Shown here one piece after another: positions 26,501-38,289 of a stretch of 64,000 bases of DNA. The DNA lies in assembly GCA_964016885.1 (NCBI GenBank), contig OZ024742.1, forward strand, positions 151,528,001 through 151,592,000, given 5' to 3'. The DNA comes from Eledone cirrhosa. Its lineage: Eukaryota. A program made the position numbers and the translations under genes. Numbering within the stretch: the first letter of the stretch is position 1; every line of letters starts with the position of its first letter. The notes beneath the pieces were generated by a model. That model searched no databases and was not told the origin of the DNA. It worked only from the letters and a program-made list of their open reading frames with translations.

Positions 26501-27142
26501 CAACCGAATCTTGTCCTAGCCCGTCAGCATTCATCTCCTCAGTGGCCGTATCTCTGTTCCAGGTATTATTTATCTCTGTATTCAGATCATTGTCTGCTTC
26601 GGGTGGTTCCTCCGTTCTCAGGACCTCCTCACCTTCATTTCCCGCCGGCTCGCTTGTCTGGCATACTACACCCGCCATCTCCAAGCCATTCTCTCTGCTC
26701 AGTTCCTCCAGTTCCAGCTCGCTTATCCACCCATTAGTTCTTATTACCCGAGCCTGCCCGGCCAATTTTTGTTCATCTAATTTAAATAAACCAATCTCGT
26801 TCCAGATGTTATGCATCCGTCTCCTGTAGCCCCTCTCCTCGGGGTTACTTTTCAGGTAGCATTGCATAACAGTTCTATTCAATTCTTTCGTCCAGTTGGT
26901 TCTGGCCCCTTTCCTTCTTCTTCTTCCTCCAACATCAGCAGTATTTGGTTGACAGTCAGGTTCCTGCTGCTGAGCCAGGGGGCACCTGTTGGGTGAGAGT
27001 CTGTCACATGACGTTCTAGTCTCCATTTCACCGTTATTCGAACTGTTTATGTTCGATATTTAAACACTCTTATCGAGGATTGGCGAATGTATGTTTACAT
27101 AGCCATCTGTGGATCCGCCATCCCACTTGGCCCTTGTGTGGC
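23560..27142 (-). mobile_element. R4/Dong-clade non-LTR retrotransposon, near full length, ending in (TAA)n
   Basis: Single RT-RLE ORF, ~75-nt 3'UTR, then (taa)n at 23529-23559. The 5' boundary is approximate. Confidence 0.9.
23634..27026 (-). CDS. Intact 1130-aa reverse transcriptase / restriction-like endonuclease polyprotein (R4/Dong type)
   Basis: Uninterrupted ORF: NWKSPGPDG, NYRPITCL, IDYRKAFD, GIFQGDSLSP, FMDDLK, YKYLG, CRIC..ETVAHIVSEC, RHD, RPDLVV..DV..P..EREKINRYQDL. Confidence 0.95.
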   Translation of the reverse strand: METRTSCDRLSPNRCPLAQQQEPDCQPNTADVGGRRRRKGARTNWTKELNRTVMQCYLKSNPEERGYRRRMHNIWNEIGLFKLDEQKLAGQARVIRTNGWISELELEELSRENGLEMAGVVCQTSEPAGNEGEEVLRTEEPPEADNDLNTEINNTWNRDTATEEMNADGLGQDSVDILNLVVDELNNDSGRPMNLRFVDRKKLKETTAKVNKVIPYLEARSLHQCNNILKATANTVRKLLGIKARGNNRQERAEPWWKKRLSGQIEEMRNDIGKLESLLNGTLKNIGTKNRLEIKYKTRSKKLNIIIEELKQRIVAKSAKIRRYENRVSQYKQNRMFDNNQKMLFGQLEGKERGNDLIPGAEQAKTFWRGIWEQDVRHNAQAGWIETVQREIGEQAQQQTDLSITVETLKGQAKKLTNWKSPGPDGVQGYWIKHLTSLHPKLTAMFNDCLVSGEVPEWLTKGTTVLIMKDRVKGNDVTNYRPITCLPVMWKLLTSIVSEEIYHHLHTNNLLPDEQKGCRKKSRGTKDQLLIDKMVMGNCRRRHTDLAMGWIDYRKAFDMVPHSWITKSLEIFRVADNIRQLLGRSMGSWETELTSTGVSLGSVKIKRGIFQGDSLSPLLFVLALMPLTIMLRKVRAGYKLGRGELTINHLLFMDDLKLFGKSEKELDVLVDTVRIFSSDICMQFGIGKCGVIVMRRGRLSRSNGIQIPTGEMIKEIDSEEGYKYLGVLEADGIKNKKMKELLRTEYIRRVRSVLKSHLNSRNAISAVNSRAVSIIRYSAGILRWNVAEQKEMDRKTRKLLTIYNMFHKRSDVDRLYLRRSEGGRGLISIEDCVRMEKNNLYKYVTYSKEPMLRAVLKEGTVGQEMSKEEITSRRKSSLKGKSLHSTFFEKTEFRDPQTWNWLRRGDLKKATEGMLMAAQEQALKTKWLKHHIYKEEASPLCRICGEREETVAHIVSECKHLAQTHYKGWRHDVMGRVIHWHLCKVNNLPHSEKWYEHRPEAVMENSQVKVLWDFRIQTDKKLEHNRPDLVVVDKEKRSCLIVDVACPFDTRVQEKEREKINRYQDLKWEVKRIWNCHEVKVIPIVIGALGTISKGFQGWLKKIGPFTLFGTLQKACLLGTARTLRYVLNI

Positions 27143-27597
27143 ATTATCACCACGCTGTATACGGACACACATAAACAAACAAACACACGGGCAGAAAGGG
27201 GCCCAAAAATGAATAAGCATAAGTTTCATTGTAATGTAGTATTTGAATGTCTGACTTAGTTTTTGTTTTTTAAGTTTTACTTTTTCCCCCCTCTTCTCTG
27301 TCCGTCCGCCTGCTTCTCTCTTCATTCTTATTTTCTTTACGTTTTTGGGGTGTCTTTTTGTTTTTGTTTTTCTCTGTTTGTTTTTCTCGTTTTTTGCTGT
27401 TGTTGCTGTGCTGCTTTTGTTGTTTGTTTTTTCTTTTTTCTTTTGAGTCTATCTATATATTTTGATGCCTTCCTCTTTGTTAGTAGTAGGAATTCTATAA
27501 TGTGGAAGTGGCAGCCAGCAGAGACTGGCGGCGTTGGCGATACTGAGACAGTGGTGGTGGTGATGTCGATACCGAGGCAGTGGTGGCGGTGATACGA

Positions 27598-28113
27598 CCG
27601 TATTACTGTAGTGATGGTGCTGTAGCGGTGGCAGCAGCAGTGAAGGAGTCAAGGGGTGGTGGCGGCGGTGATGGGATAGTGGTGGTAATGATGGCCGTAG
27701 TGAGCGGTGGCGGTGAAGGTGAAAATGCTGTTGTGTTTAGTGTACACAGATGATGGGGTGGGTGGTGTATCTAGTTTCTGGTGTTGGTGAGTTTCGCTGT
27801 CCTATATAGTGTAGCCAGAGGAGAGGAGGAGGGGGGGGGTTCTTCTTCTTCCATTTATAGCCATTTTATTTTTATTTTATTTTTTTTTTTTGGATATACA
27901 GTGTACAATACAAAGTTGAATATTTGAATATTTGAGCCGTATTACTGTAGTGATGGTGCTGTAGCGGTGGCAGCAGCAGTGAAGGAGTCAAGGGGTGGTG
28001 GCGGCGGTGATGGGATAGTGGTGGTAATGATGGCCGTAGTGAGCGGTGGCGGTGAAGGTGAAAATGCTGTTGTGTTTAGTGTACACAGATGATGGGGTGG
28101 GTGGTGTATCTAG

Positions 28114-28116
<3 letters not shown>
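27598..28116. repeat. Identical ~180-bp direct duplication (27598-27777 and 27937-28116)
   Basis: ccgtattactgtagtgatgg...gtatctagttt read twice. Confidence 0.9.
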
Positions 28117-28166
<50 letters not shown>

Positions 28167-28190
28167 CATTATTATTATTATTATTATTAT

Positions 28191-30400
28191 AGTTGCATTT
28201 ATCTTGCTTTATGTTCATACGAGTTATCACCAGTGACCTCAAGAGACAACAAGGTACGCCATGTTCAAGAAAGAACATACATACACACACATGCATCTTT
28301 AGGTATTTAGACTTGTGATGTACTTATATTGACAAAATCTTCCTTAGTATATGAGCAGTTCCCATTAGTACTATCTTTTGTATTTCTCCTATACGCGGTT
28401 TTCCTGGGATTTGCGATAAGTAATCATTAGACCCCTTAGATATATCATTCCTAGAGCGCCTAGAACCCCTGGTATTGTTTTAGTTCTCAATTTCCACATT
28501 TTTCCAATTTCTATCTCCAGGTCCTTATACTTGCTCAATTTTTCAAATGTTTTTATAGATACATTCTTATCTATTGGAACGGACATATAAATTAGCAGGC
28601 ATACCCTCTTTTTAAAGTCCTTCAGTATTATATCAGGCCTATTTGCATCTATTTTTCGGTCTGTTTGGATGCTAAAGTTCCACAAGATTGAGATGTGATC
28701 TTTTTCAAGTATGGGAGGTGGTTGATGCTCGCACCAATTATTTTGATGGGGCAGGTCAAAATGCTTACACATTATCCAATGTATGTATTGTGCAGCTCTG
28801 TCATGCCTGTTTAGGTATTCGGTTGGAGCTATAGGACTACACATTGGAATTATATGATCAATGGTCTCTGGTTGTTTTTTACATACACGGCACAATGGGC
28901 TGCATCCATTGTTTCTTATGTTGGCTTGGTAATTTTTTGTTGGCAGACACTGATCTTGTGCTGATATAATCAGTCCTTCAGTCTCCGATTTCAGTCCAGA
29001 GGATGCCAACCACTGATGGGTTAAAGTTTTGTCAACATCAGGATTGTTAGCTCTTTCTGGGTATTTTCCATACAGAGGCTTTTCTTGCCATTTCTTAGCC
29101 AGTTTCTGTAGCAGTTCTTTCTTTGCAGTTACTTTTACCTGCTTTGCTTTTTCTGTGTTTTCCATTTCAGCAGTAAATGGGACTTCTGAAATTTGTAGTC
29201 CATTACTGTATCTTTGTGCATCTTTTGTAATGGAGTATGAAGTTTTGATGCTTTCGTGTTTCAAAACGAGTTTGATCATTCAATCATGTGATTCCCTTAG
29301 ATATGTAGATAATCCAATTGTTGCAGTTTTCAACGCAATATCTAACTGGATTAACCCACGTCCTCCTTCTCTCCTAGGGAGATATATTCTATCTGTATCT
29401 GCTTTAGGGTGATGCATTCTGTGCATGGTTAAGAATTTTCGAATTTTTGTATCGAGCCTACGGATCTCTGTGCTTGACCAGTTGATGACATTGTAACTGT
29501 AGGTTACTACTGGTATGGCAAGCGTGTTTATGGCATCGATCCTATTCCTTGCATTCAATTCCGTTCTTAAGATTGCTCTTACTCTGCGTTAACATTCCTT
29601 CCTTATCCTTTCCCTCATTGGCGAGTGCTTGATTCCGTCTCCTTCACAAACACCTAGATATTTGTAAGTTTCCTCTTGATCAAGTTCTCTTATCACATTC
29701 CCTCGATCAAGATTAATGTCTGAACTCTTCAGCAGCTTTCCTCTGGTGAACGTTGCTTTGGCGCATTTATCTAGTCCAAACTCCATTTTAATGTCATCAC
29801 TGAACTGCTCCACAGTGGATAGTAGTCATTGCAATTGTTCATCATTTTTTGCAAATGGTTTCAGGTCATCCATGTAGAACAAGTGATTAATGGTTTTGTC
29901 ATAGACTGTATATCCATGTTTTGTTTCATTGAGCATTTTACTTAATGGTATAAGTGCGATGCAGAATAAAAGCGGTGATAAAGAGTCACCCTGAAAAATT
30001 CCACAATTAATATTAACTTCTCCAGCTTCCAGTGATTCCTTTTCACTATTCAAAAGGAGAGTCGTTTTCCATGTCTTTCATACTGAATGACAAGAACCTC
30101 CTGACAATGGGAGATATTTTGAAAATCTCTAAACATTTTTCATTCCAACTGTGTGGCAAACTATCGAATGCTTTTTTTGTAATCTATCCAAGCAATTGAT
30201 AGATTTTTGTGTCTATTATGACAATCTTCCAGTATCATTTTGTTAACCAAAAGCTGATCCTTACAGCCATATGAGCCTCATTTACACCCTTTCTGCTCAT
30301 TGGGAAATAGGTCATTTGTTATAAGGTGGTCATATGTATATTCAGTTAGGACTGATGTTAATATTTTATACATTGTGGTCAAGCAAGTTATCGGTCTATA
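28191..30400 (-). mobile_element. 5'-truncated degenerate R4/Dong-clade element (second family) flanked by (TAA)n on both sides
   Basis: YRPITCL at the 5' junction, GIFQGDSLSP, YMDDLK, YKYLG, CRVC..ETIDHI..C, RHD, RPDII; stops and frameshifts. (tta)n at 28115-28190 and 30402-30423. Confidence 0.9.
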
Positions 30401-30420
30401 ATATTATTATTATTATTATT

Positions 30421-30736
30421 ATTTTGTTGAAAGATGGGTGAGAGAAGCAAGTATGGCCCGAATGAATGGGCCTTCTCTGAGTATGTGTCTGTAAATTAAA
30501 GGTGGAAAACTGGGAGAGGGCACTTGCCCTGGTGGTCAGGGCCACTGTGGTCTTTTAATGGGCTTTCTCCACAAATGTCCCTCGGAAGTCTCCCCCCTAT
30601 TGGGGAATTTTTCTTTGATATTTTATTTCAACCTCTGTTTTTTTACACGCAGAAATGCCCATTTGTACCGTCCTGTATTGTCCTGTACTGTCCTTAATGT
30701 CTACTTTATGTAAACCCTTGTGGTTCATAAAGAAAA

Positions 30737-30738
<2 letters not shown>
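30421..30738 (+). mobile_element. 5'-truncated Tx1 copy (ORF2 end + 3'UTR) of the copy-C family, within (TTA)n
   Basis: Closely matches 36292-36622; (tta)n on both sides. Confidence 0.92.
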
Positions 30739-30797
<59 letters not shown>

Positions 30798-31012
30798 GGC
30801 GACCTACGTAGTAAATCGTATCATCGTGAGCTCCGCAAAGGTTTGTTATTTTCAGTTGTTTAAAATTGCCATTTATTGAACATTTTTATTGTTAACTGTA
30901 TATAAGTGCACATACGTTGAAATCTGAAAAGGACACTCAAAAATATTGGGGCCTTGAGCCCAAAATTTAAACTTTTTATAATTATCAAACAAACATTTTT
31001 CTTTGAAAAATC

Positions 31013-32900
31013 ATGGATGACTCAGAATCACTCCTTCCTCACAAACTAACACCTCACACCGACACCACCATTGTAAATATTGCTACGTTTACCAACACAG
31101 GAAATGTAAGCAGTAGCAATATTTTAAATTTGTCTCAGGCAGACGTTCATTTCCCGCCATTACTAATGACTGCAGGTGTTAAAGCCGCCACCCCCACCAT
31201 TACCACAGCGACAACAGAAAGAAAAGAAAAAAATAAATTAACTCGTGATATCGAAATGAATTCAACCAAAATGAAATCTTCCACACCGAACACCACTGAC
31301 GCCACCACCACCACAACTGAAACTAAAATTAACAATAACAAAAATAACGATAACAACAACAGCAACAATGAAATTAAGAAAACTACCCTGAGTTTTGCCA
31401 GAGTAGCAAAAACGTGCGAAGCGATTCAGGTAACTCAGGAGGAATTAGAAGAAGCCAAAGGAATGGTAAAGAAAGATGGGTACAGGGTCAGCCCCCCCAT
31501 ATAAAATGGCACATCGTCTTATCGAACAATTAACATAAAATCGCGCCGAGTGGAACGGGCATCCGAATCCCAAATCCCAAAAGCTTTGGGCCATGTGTGG
31601 GAAAAAACCCCCACCTCAGACGTGGGCAGAAATATGGAACCGTGGACGTGTTCTTTGAAACACCACAAGAGGCCAGAGAACACTCCATGGCCCCATTAAG
31701 AAGTAACGACTTCACACTCGTCCCAAGCTATTGTGGCCAGAGACTTGTGAAGATCAGGGTGACCCACATTCCACCGGCCATCGAAATTCCCTGGCTAATG
31801 GCTGCCGTCCTCGCCGGCATCGAGGCCAACACCAACATAATAGAAATAGCGAAAGAAAAGCAGGAGAACTGGTCCGGATCTGGCATGGGGCTCCTGATCC
31901 AAGCGGACCATAAAAGCATTGAGGAGATCCCAGAGGTAATAGACCTCACAGACGGCATCCACCTCACCGTAATCGTCTAGGGCAGAAGGTCTAGGTGTGT
32001 CGTTTGTGGTGAAGGAACCCACCTAAGGGCTTTCTGCCCTCAGGCTAAAAGGTTGAGGCCACCTCTCTTACCCACACCAGTGACTCAACCATCAACACCA
32101 GCAGCAGCAGAAATGGCAGCAACAACTGTAGCAGCAACAACAGAAGCAACTGTAACAGCAACAACCCCAGCAACAGTAGCAAAACCAACACCACCACCAC
32201 CCAACGCGTTAGAACTAGCACCAGCGCCTACACCATCCAACAAGCCACAACCAAAACCAACGCCTGTGGAGGATTTTCCACTCCCCGGCTTATCGCAACT
32301 AGAGACAGATTGTGACGACGCGGAGTGGGAAACGGTATCAGGAAAAAAAAAACGAAACCAAAAAAGAAAAAATTCTCTTCCTTCCCCCTCCAAAAACAAA
32401 ATACAGAGGGAAACAAATAAACTATCAAACAAAAAAGTTAGGACAGATATGCCACCATCCATACCAGCATCACCAACCCCATCACCCCAAGCACCAACAC
32501 CATCACCATCATTAACCCCAACACCACCATCACCTACACCACAAAAGTCACCAAAAAGCGAAACAGAAACAAACCCACAACAAACACAAACAAAACAAAA
32601 CAACCAAAACGATACACACTACATAGCATTAAATTTGAACAACAAATAATTATTACACTACATACAACACAACACCAGCATCGCAGAAAAAGACTACACA
32701 ACAACACAAAAGTTCACACCACCTCCACACATACAAATCACTCGCATCACACAGAAAACGTACATGACACTAAAACAAAAATTCCCCAAAGACATCGGAG
32801 ACTTTCGACAAGCACTCTCCAGGATGATTTATAAGGACATCCTTCCTGAGGATGCCACAAGCAGTGAAAAGGATGGAGAAACCGTCCTTCCTCTAAGAGA
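31013..32900 (+). pseudogene. Tx1 ORF1 with CCHC knuckle, internal stops and frameshift
   Basis: ORFs 31013..31504, 31597..31980, 32053..32649; CVVCGEGTHLRAFC at ~31997-32038. Confidence 0.85.
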
Positions 32901-32944
32901 AGTAAAGTAAGTGGTCTTTCCCATCTTTTCCACTCCATTTCACC

Positions 32945-35900
32945 ATGACCTCACTCAGAATAGGAAGCATAAATGCGCGTGGCTTGGGGTCGTCATGGAA
33001 GCAGGGCCACCTGCTCAACGACCTCAGGTCACTAAACATAGATGAAGTGGCCATCAGCGAGACCAGATCTCCGAAGCACGGGCCTTCGCCACGATCTTCG
33101 GCGGCTACGATGTGTACGCATCTCCCAGCCGTCCGGGATCGGGGGGAGGAGTCGCTGTGCTTTTTCGGAGAGGTTTGGATCTCGCCATACGGGCCATCTT
33201 CCTGGACCCAGAAGGTAAGTTGGTGGTGCTGGACGTGACCAACGGAGACGGGCAAGCTTTCAGGCTAGTGGCCGTCTATGCCCCGACAGGAGCAGGGCGG
33301 CCTGATTTCTTCCGGCGTCTGGAGACCTTTCTTGGAACGTCCCGCTCATTAGTGTTAGTGGGTGACTGGAACGGGATCTTAGATGCACGCTGGGACTGTG
33401 TGGGATTAGCAGATAGGGGAGGAGGGTGTGAGAGTCTCATCAACCTGCTCAGGCGTTTTGAACTGTCTGACAGGTACCGATTGGATTTCCCGAATGTGCC
33501 AATGTGGACTTGGACAAATCGCATAGGGTCATCCAGATCATATCTAGATAGAGTATTTTGTAGGGAAATAGATAGGTCTAGCATAGGCTGTCCACAATTC
33601 AAGATAGTCAGCTACACGGACCTCAAATTCGTGATCTGTGTGCTTGACTTAGATAGGCTTCATAGACGAGGACCCGGCTACTGGAAGCTAAACGTGTCCT
33701 CATCAGCGCACAAGGCCTACAGAGACCGGATTAGCGAACTAGTTAAGCGGGCGCTGACGGGGGATATCGTCAACAACAAGTGGTGGTTTGCTCTGAAAAG
33801 AGCAATTAGAATAGAGTCCATTAGGTTTAGTAAGGCTTTAGCAATAGAGAAAAATAGAGCAGAGGGAGAATTAGTTAGAAAATTAGATGAAGCGCTTAGC
33901 AAAGGCATCGCGACCGACGTACTTGCGGCGAAATTGGCCCTTGACCAATTCTTCAATGCAAAGCACAAAGGCTGCGTTGTCAGAGCTAGGGTGCGTGCTA
34001 TCAGGCACGAGGGGACGAAAGCCGTTCAATGGGCCCGAGTGGCGGAGGCGCGTCGTGGCAACAAAGCCACGATCCGGTCTTTGGTGGACCACGACGGGCG
34101 TACGCTACTCGATCTCGGAAAATGTGTGAAGCTTTTCAGCGACACTTCGCTCAACTGTTCGGGGACCGCGGCGGGCCGGATCGAGGGATGGACTTTAGTG
34201 TCTACCTCGACGGACTGCCGCGGCTCTCGGCCACTGAGGCGGAGTGTTGCGAAAATCCGATAACAGCCGCTGAAGTACGGGAGGCAATGACTGGCTGCAC
34301 AAGGGGTAAATCGCCTAGTTTCGATGGTCAGCCCTATGAACTTTACGTACAAATGCCAGACTTGTTCGGAGGCCTCTTGGCGGACGTCTACTACAACTGG
34401 AAACAGAACGGGAGAATTCCCAGCTCTGTGAGCCGAGGAGCGGTGGCACTGCTGAGAAAGGATCCGAATAAGGGGGATAACATAGATAATTTTAGGCCCA
34501 TAACTGTGCTAAACACAGAGTTCAAGATTTTGGCCAAGCTGCTAGCAAAGAGGTTGGCGCTTGTTGTTGGTGGTCTAGTGGGAGAGGCGCAGACATGCGC
34601 TATTCCCGACAGATCCATCCACGACAAACTCCACCTCATGCGATACATCGTAGAGAGGGTAGCTAGGGAACCTGGCACGGGTGGGTGCTTGATCAATTTA
34701 GATCAGTCGAAAGCTTTCGATAGGGTCGACCATCGTTACCTAGCGGCAGTCCTGAGGGCGGCTGGCTTTGGGCCCGTCATCAGAGGCTGGATCGCTGCCA
34801 TGCACAGCGACATCTGCTCTGTGGTGAGAGTGAACGGTCACCTTTCGGAACCGTTCAACATCATGTGCTCGGTCCGCCAAGGATGTCCCCTCTCGTACCT
34901 CTTGTACGTATTGACTCTCGAGCCATTACTGCACAAACTGGAGACATTGAGAGGGGGGGGGGGGCGCGAACTAGGATGCGGAAGATCCGTGTCAGCATAT
35001 GCGGACGATGTCACCGTAGTGGTGTCGAACGCCAAACACATCGAAGAGATCGGCACTACACTAAGAGAATACGAAGCGGTGACAGGAGCAATGATCAACC
35101 AGGAAAAGTTAGTGGGCCTGCAGCTCGGCACCTGGAGAGGCAGGTCCATGCCGTCTAACAGCGTCGTCGAGCGCTGGACGGACGGACCGGTTAAATTGCT
35201 ATGGGTCTGGTTCGGTCCGGACCTCCAGACGGACAAAAACTGGGACGAGGTGACCAGCAGGGTGGCTTCTCTCACCCAGAAATAGGCGGAGAGGAAGCTA
35301 TCCCTGAAAGGTCGAGCGGAGGTGTCTAACGTTTACATTGCGTCCGTTATCTACTACCGCCTGACCGTCGTACCTTGTCCTAAGCCCCGCCTGACTGCGC
35401 TGGAGCGTTTGCTCTTTCGCTTTTTGTGGAAGGGACGCGCTCCGATGGTCAGGCGGTCCATCTGCTGTCAACACCCGCTACGTGGAGGGCTGGGCTTGCC
35501 GCGGCTGATGATGCGCAGACACGCGCTCTGGCTACGACATCTCCACCTCTTCCTCGACGGTGATCAGGTGTGGTCGCCGTTTGCTAGACGCGTCTTTCCC
35601 CAGCTCGTCTCCTTGACGGAGCTGCAGTCCTGGGTCAAGCGAAGACCGAGAGAGAGCGCTTGGAGACTGGAATGTCTTCAGGTGCTCACACCCCTCGACC
35701 ACTCGGGCAATGTGATCGGTGGAAACTCCACCTTGGCGTACTATAGAGGATTAGTGGAGGGGAAGAGCGACGACGTACTTGGGGAAACTTTAGGCGTCCA
35801 CGAAAATCAACTAGCCAATCTCTTCGGAAGAACTTTCGGGCCGGGGCCTATGGACAACTTCCAGAAATACCTGGCCTGGCAGTGCTACCGAGGAGCTTTG

Positions 35901-36365
35901 CCATTTCGGGATAACCTCTACAGGCATGGAGGTGCCGTCAGCCGGGCATGTCCGAGATGCGCGCAGGGCGACGAAACCGTCCTGCACGCACTCGTCCAGT
36001 GTCCGAACATTGCTGACTTGTGGGTTTATGTCGAACACCTGCTGTCGCGTGTAGGACGGATCCAGCTATCAGCTGAGTCCATCGCGAGGATTGCCCCGCC
36101 CTCCTCCTTTAGCCGGGAAGGATAGGCAGTTTTTATCTATCTGGTGGCCATGGCGAAAGAGATAGTATGGTAGACACGTTTGAAAGGGCTGAAGACGAGC
36201 ACTTACCTCTTCGGTGATGACCTGATTAACCTTTTCAAATTTCATTTAAAAAAGAAAATCAGGGTAGAAAGGGAAGTGCTCTCTTCCCAGCATTTTGTTG
36301 AAAGATGGGTGAGAGAGGCAAGAATGGCCCGAGTGAATGGGTCTACTCTGAGTATGTGTCTATAA
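32945..36365 (+). pseudogene. Tx1 ORF2 APE endonuclease + RT, frameshifts and stops
   Basis: MTSLRIGSINARGL, GGVAVL, YAP, GDWN, TWTNRIGSSRSYLDRV, TDL (catalytic His position altered), GPGYWKLN, VRQGCPLS, YADD. Confidence 0.92.
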
Positions 36366-36620
36366 ATTAAAGGTGGAAAACTGGGAGAGGGCACTTGCCC
36401 TGGTGGTCAGGGTCACTGTGGCTTTTTAATGGGCTTTCTCCACGAATGTCCCTAGGAAGTCTCCCCCCCCCCCTATTGGTGAATTTTTTTCATTGTTCTA
36501 TTATTACATCCTCTGTTTCTTGTTTTTTACACGCAGAAATGCCCATTTGTACCGTCCTGTATTGTCCTGTACTGTGCTTAATGTCTACTTTATGTAAACC
36601 CTTGTGGTTAATAAAGAAAG

Positions 36621-36651
<31 letters not shown>

Positions 36652-37320
36652 GGATTTGAAGTATCGGTAGAGGGTCGGACAGCATGCTTTGCAGCATAGA
36701 GTTACGGTCCTTTACGGTCTGCGTTCAAATTCTGCCGAAGTCAGCTTTGCCTTTCATCCTTATGGGGTCGATAAAATAAAATAATGCACTGGAGTCGATT
36801 TAATCGACTTTTCCCTCCCTAAAATTGCTGGCCTTGTGCCAATAGTAGAAATCATTACTATTATTATTAGGGGATTGGAATGGGAGAATCATTACAGTCT
36901 TGGAAAAATATTTTGCAGTATTTGTTCCGGATTTTTACATTCTTCGTTTTGGCGCCGCTAAGGTCAACTTTGCCTTTCATCCTTCCGTATTGGAAAGTTT
37001 CCTTCTGTTAATATTATCAATGGAAACAACGAAGACTTTAGTGATATAGTACCCCACCTAACATTATTATATTTAAAGCTTTTACGAACTCTAGTGATTG
37101 TGGAGATATGTATATTTATATTACAGGAAATTACAGGCAAGGATGACACAAAAATATATAACATTAAGGCAGAGAATTATCAGAGTCGTTAAGACGTCGG
37201 ATAGAAAGCTTTACGGTATTCGTTCCACCTCTTTATGCCCCCTGAGTTCAAATCTCGCCTTGATGAACTTTGCCTTTCATCCTTTCGAGGTCGATAAAAA
37301 AAGTACCAGTCCAGTAATGG
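36652..37320 (+). mobile_element. Cluster of three SINE copies (36652-36868, ~36873-36990, ~37168-37320)
   Basis: Repeated B box (gttcaaat) and gcctttcatcct core. Confidence 0.75.
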
Positions 37321-38289
37321 GCTAGATTCTTCCTCTATAGAAACAATCGGCTGTGTTTAGACCTGGAGAGAGTTGGGCTCTGCCAGGTTTAAATGTGCAT
37401 TAGACATACCGTATAACGGTGCCTCTACGACTCCACAAGGAGTTATGGGATTTTTATCCTTATATAACATTTAGCATATTATTTTCACGTATATTAATAG
37501 TAATGTTGTTCGCTATGTAATGTATTCTATTTTTGAGATCACCTTATGTGTCATTGTAATAAGGATCAATAAGGTTAAAAGCTTCCTCGTCAGGAGATGA
37601 GGAAGATATGCACACACTAATATTATTAACTGCATTCTAAAAGATTATTGAAAGAAGGTTACAATTTATATAATTATACTCCAGTTTCTCGTTAGTTTCA
37701 CTATACGGGTTATTATGTAGCAGTATCTAAATCAAATGATATATTTAACAAATTAATGATATTTATTTGTATTTACTGCGATCTTTAAATGTCGATCGCC
37801 TCCTTCATAACAGCATCCATTGTATGGAGAATCATACTTCGCAAAACAATTAGGCTATCATCACGATAAAGACCAACCACTATTAATTAACAAAGCTTAT
37901 CTCAACCATACGAAGCCATGACTATATGAAACAATTCATGTCAAGTGTGTGTAACCACTCCCCAAAGACTTATCGTAAAATACATTTCTAGCGTGATTTC
38001 TTACCATGCATAATTATATTAATGTCTGAATCACTAATTGGAATAAAACTTCAACCGAATTCTATAGTATTTTGATGGAGTTTAGTTTGAACTAGCAGAA
38101 TGGCCCGACGTTGCTCGGGATTTGCTCAGGATTCTTATATATTTGATATATATTTATCCTTATCGAGCCTCGTGAATAAATACGTTTGTTTATATTTTGT
38201 TATTGTGTATGCAAAAATATCTGTTTTGTTATTGTCTATGCAAAAATATCTGTACACGAATAGATAATTATATATATATATATATAAAT

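Larger units (their letters stand above)
30798..36622 (+). mobile_element. Full-length Tx1/L1-clade retrotransposon, copy C, inserted in (TTA)n
   Basis: ORF1 plus ORF2 (APE-RT-Cys); 3'UTR ends aataaagaaagca; (tta)n at 30739-30797 and 36623-36651. Confidence 0.95.

Noticed and set aside
27100-27150. Possible HDV-like ribozyme in the Dong 5'UTR (GG, gcca/tggc P4-like hairpin, gcgga)
   Set aside because: No P1 5' strand, P2 5' strand or P3/L3 (TCCNCG) could be found upstream; at best a 3' remnant.
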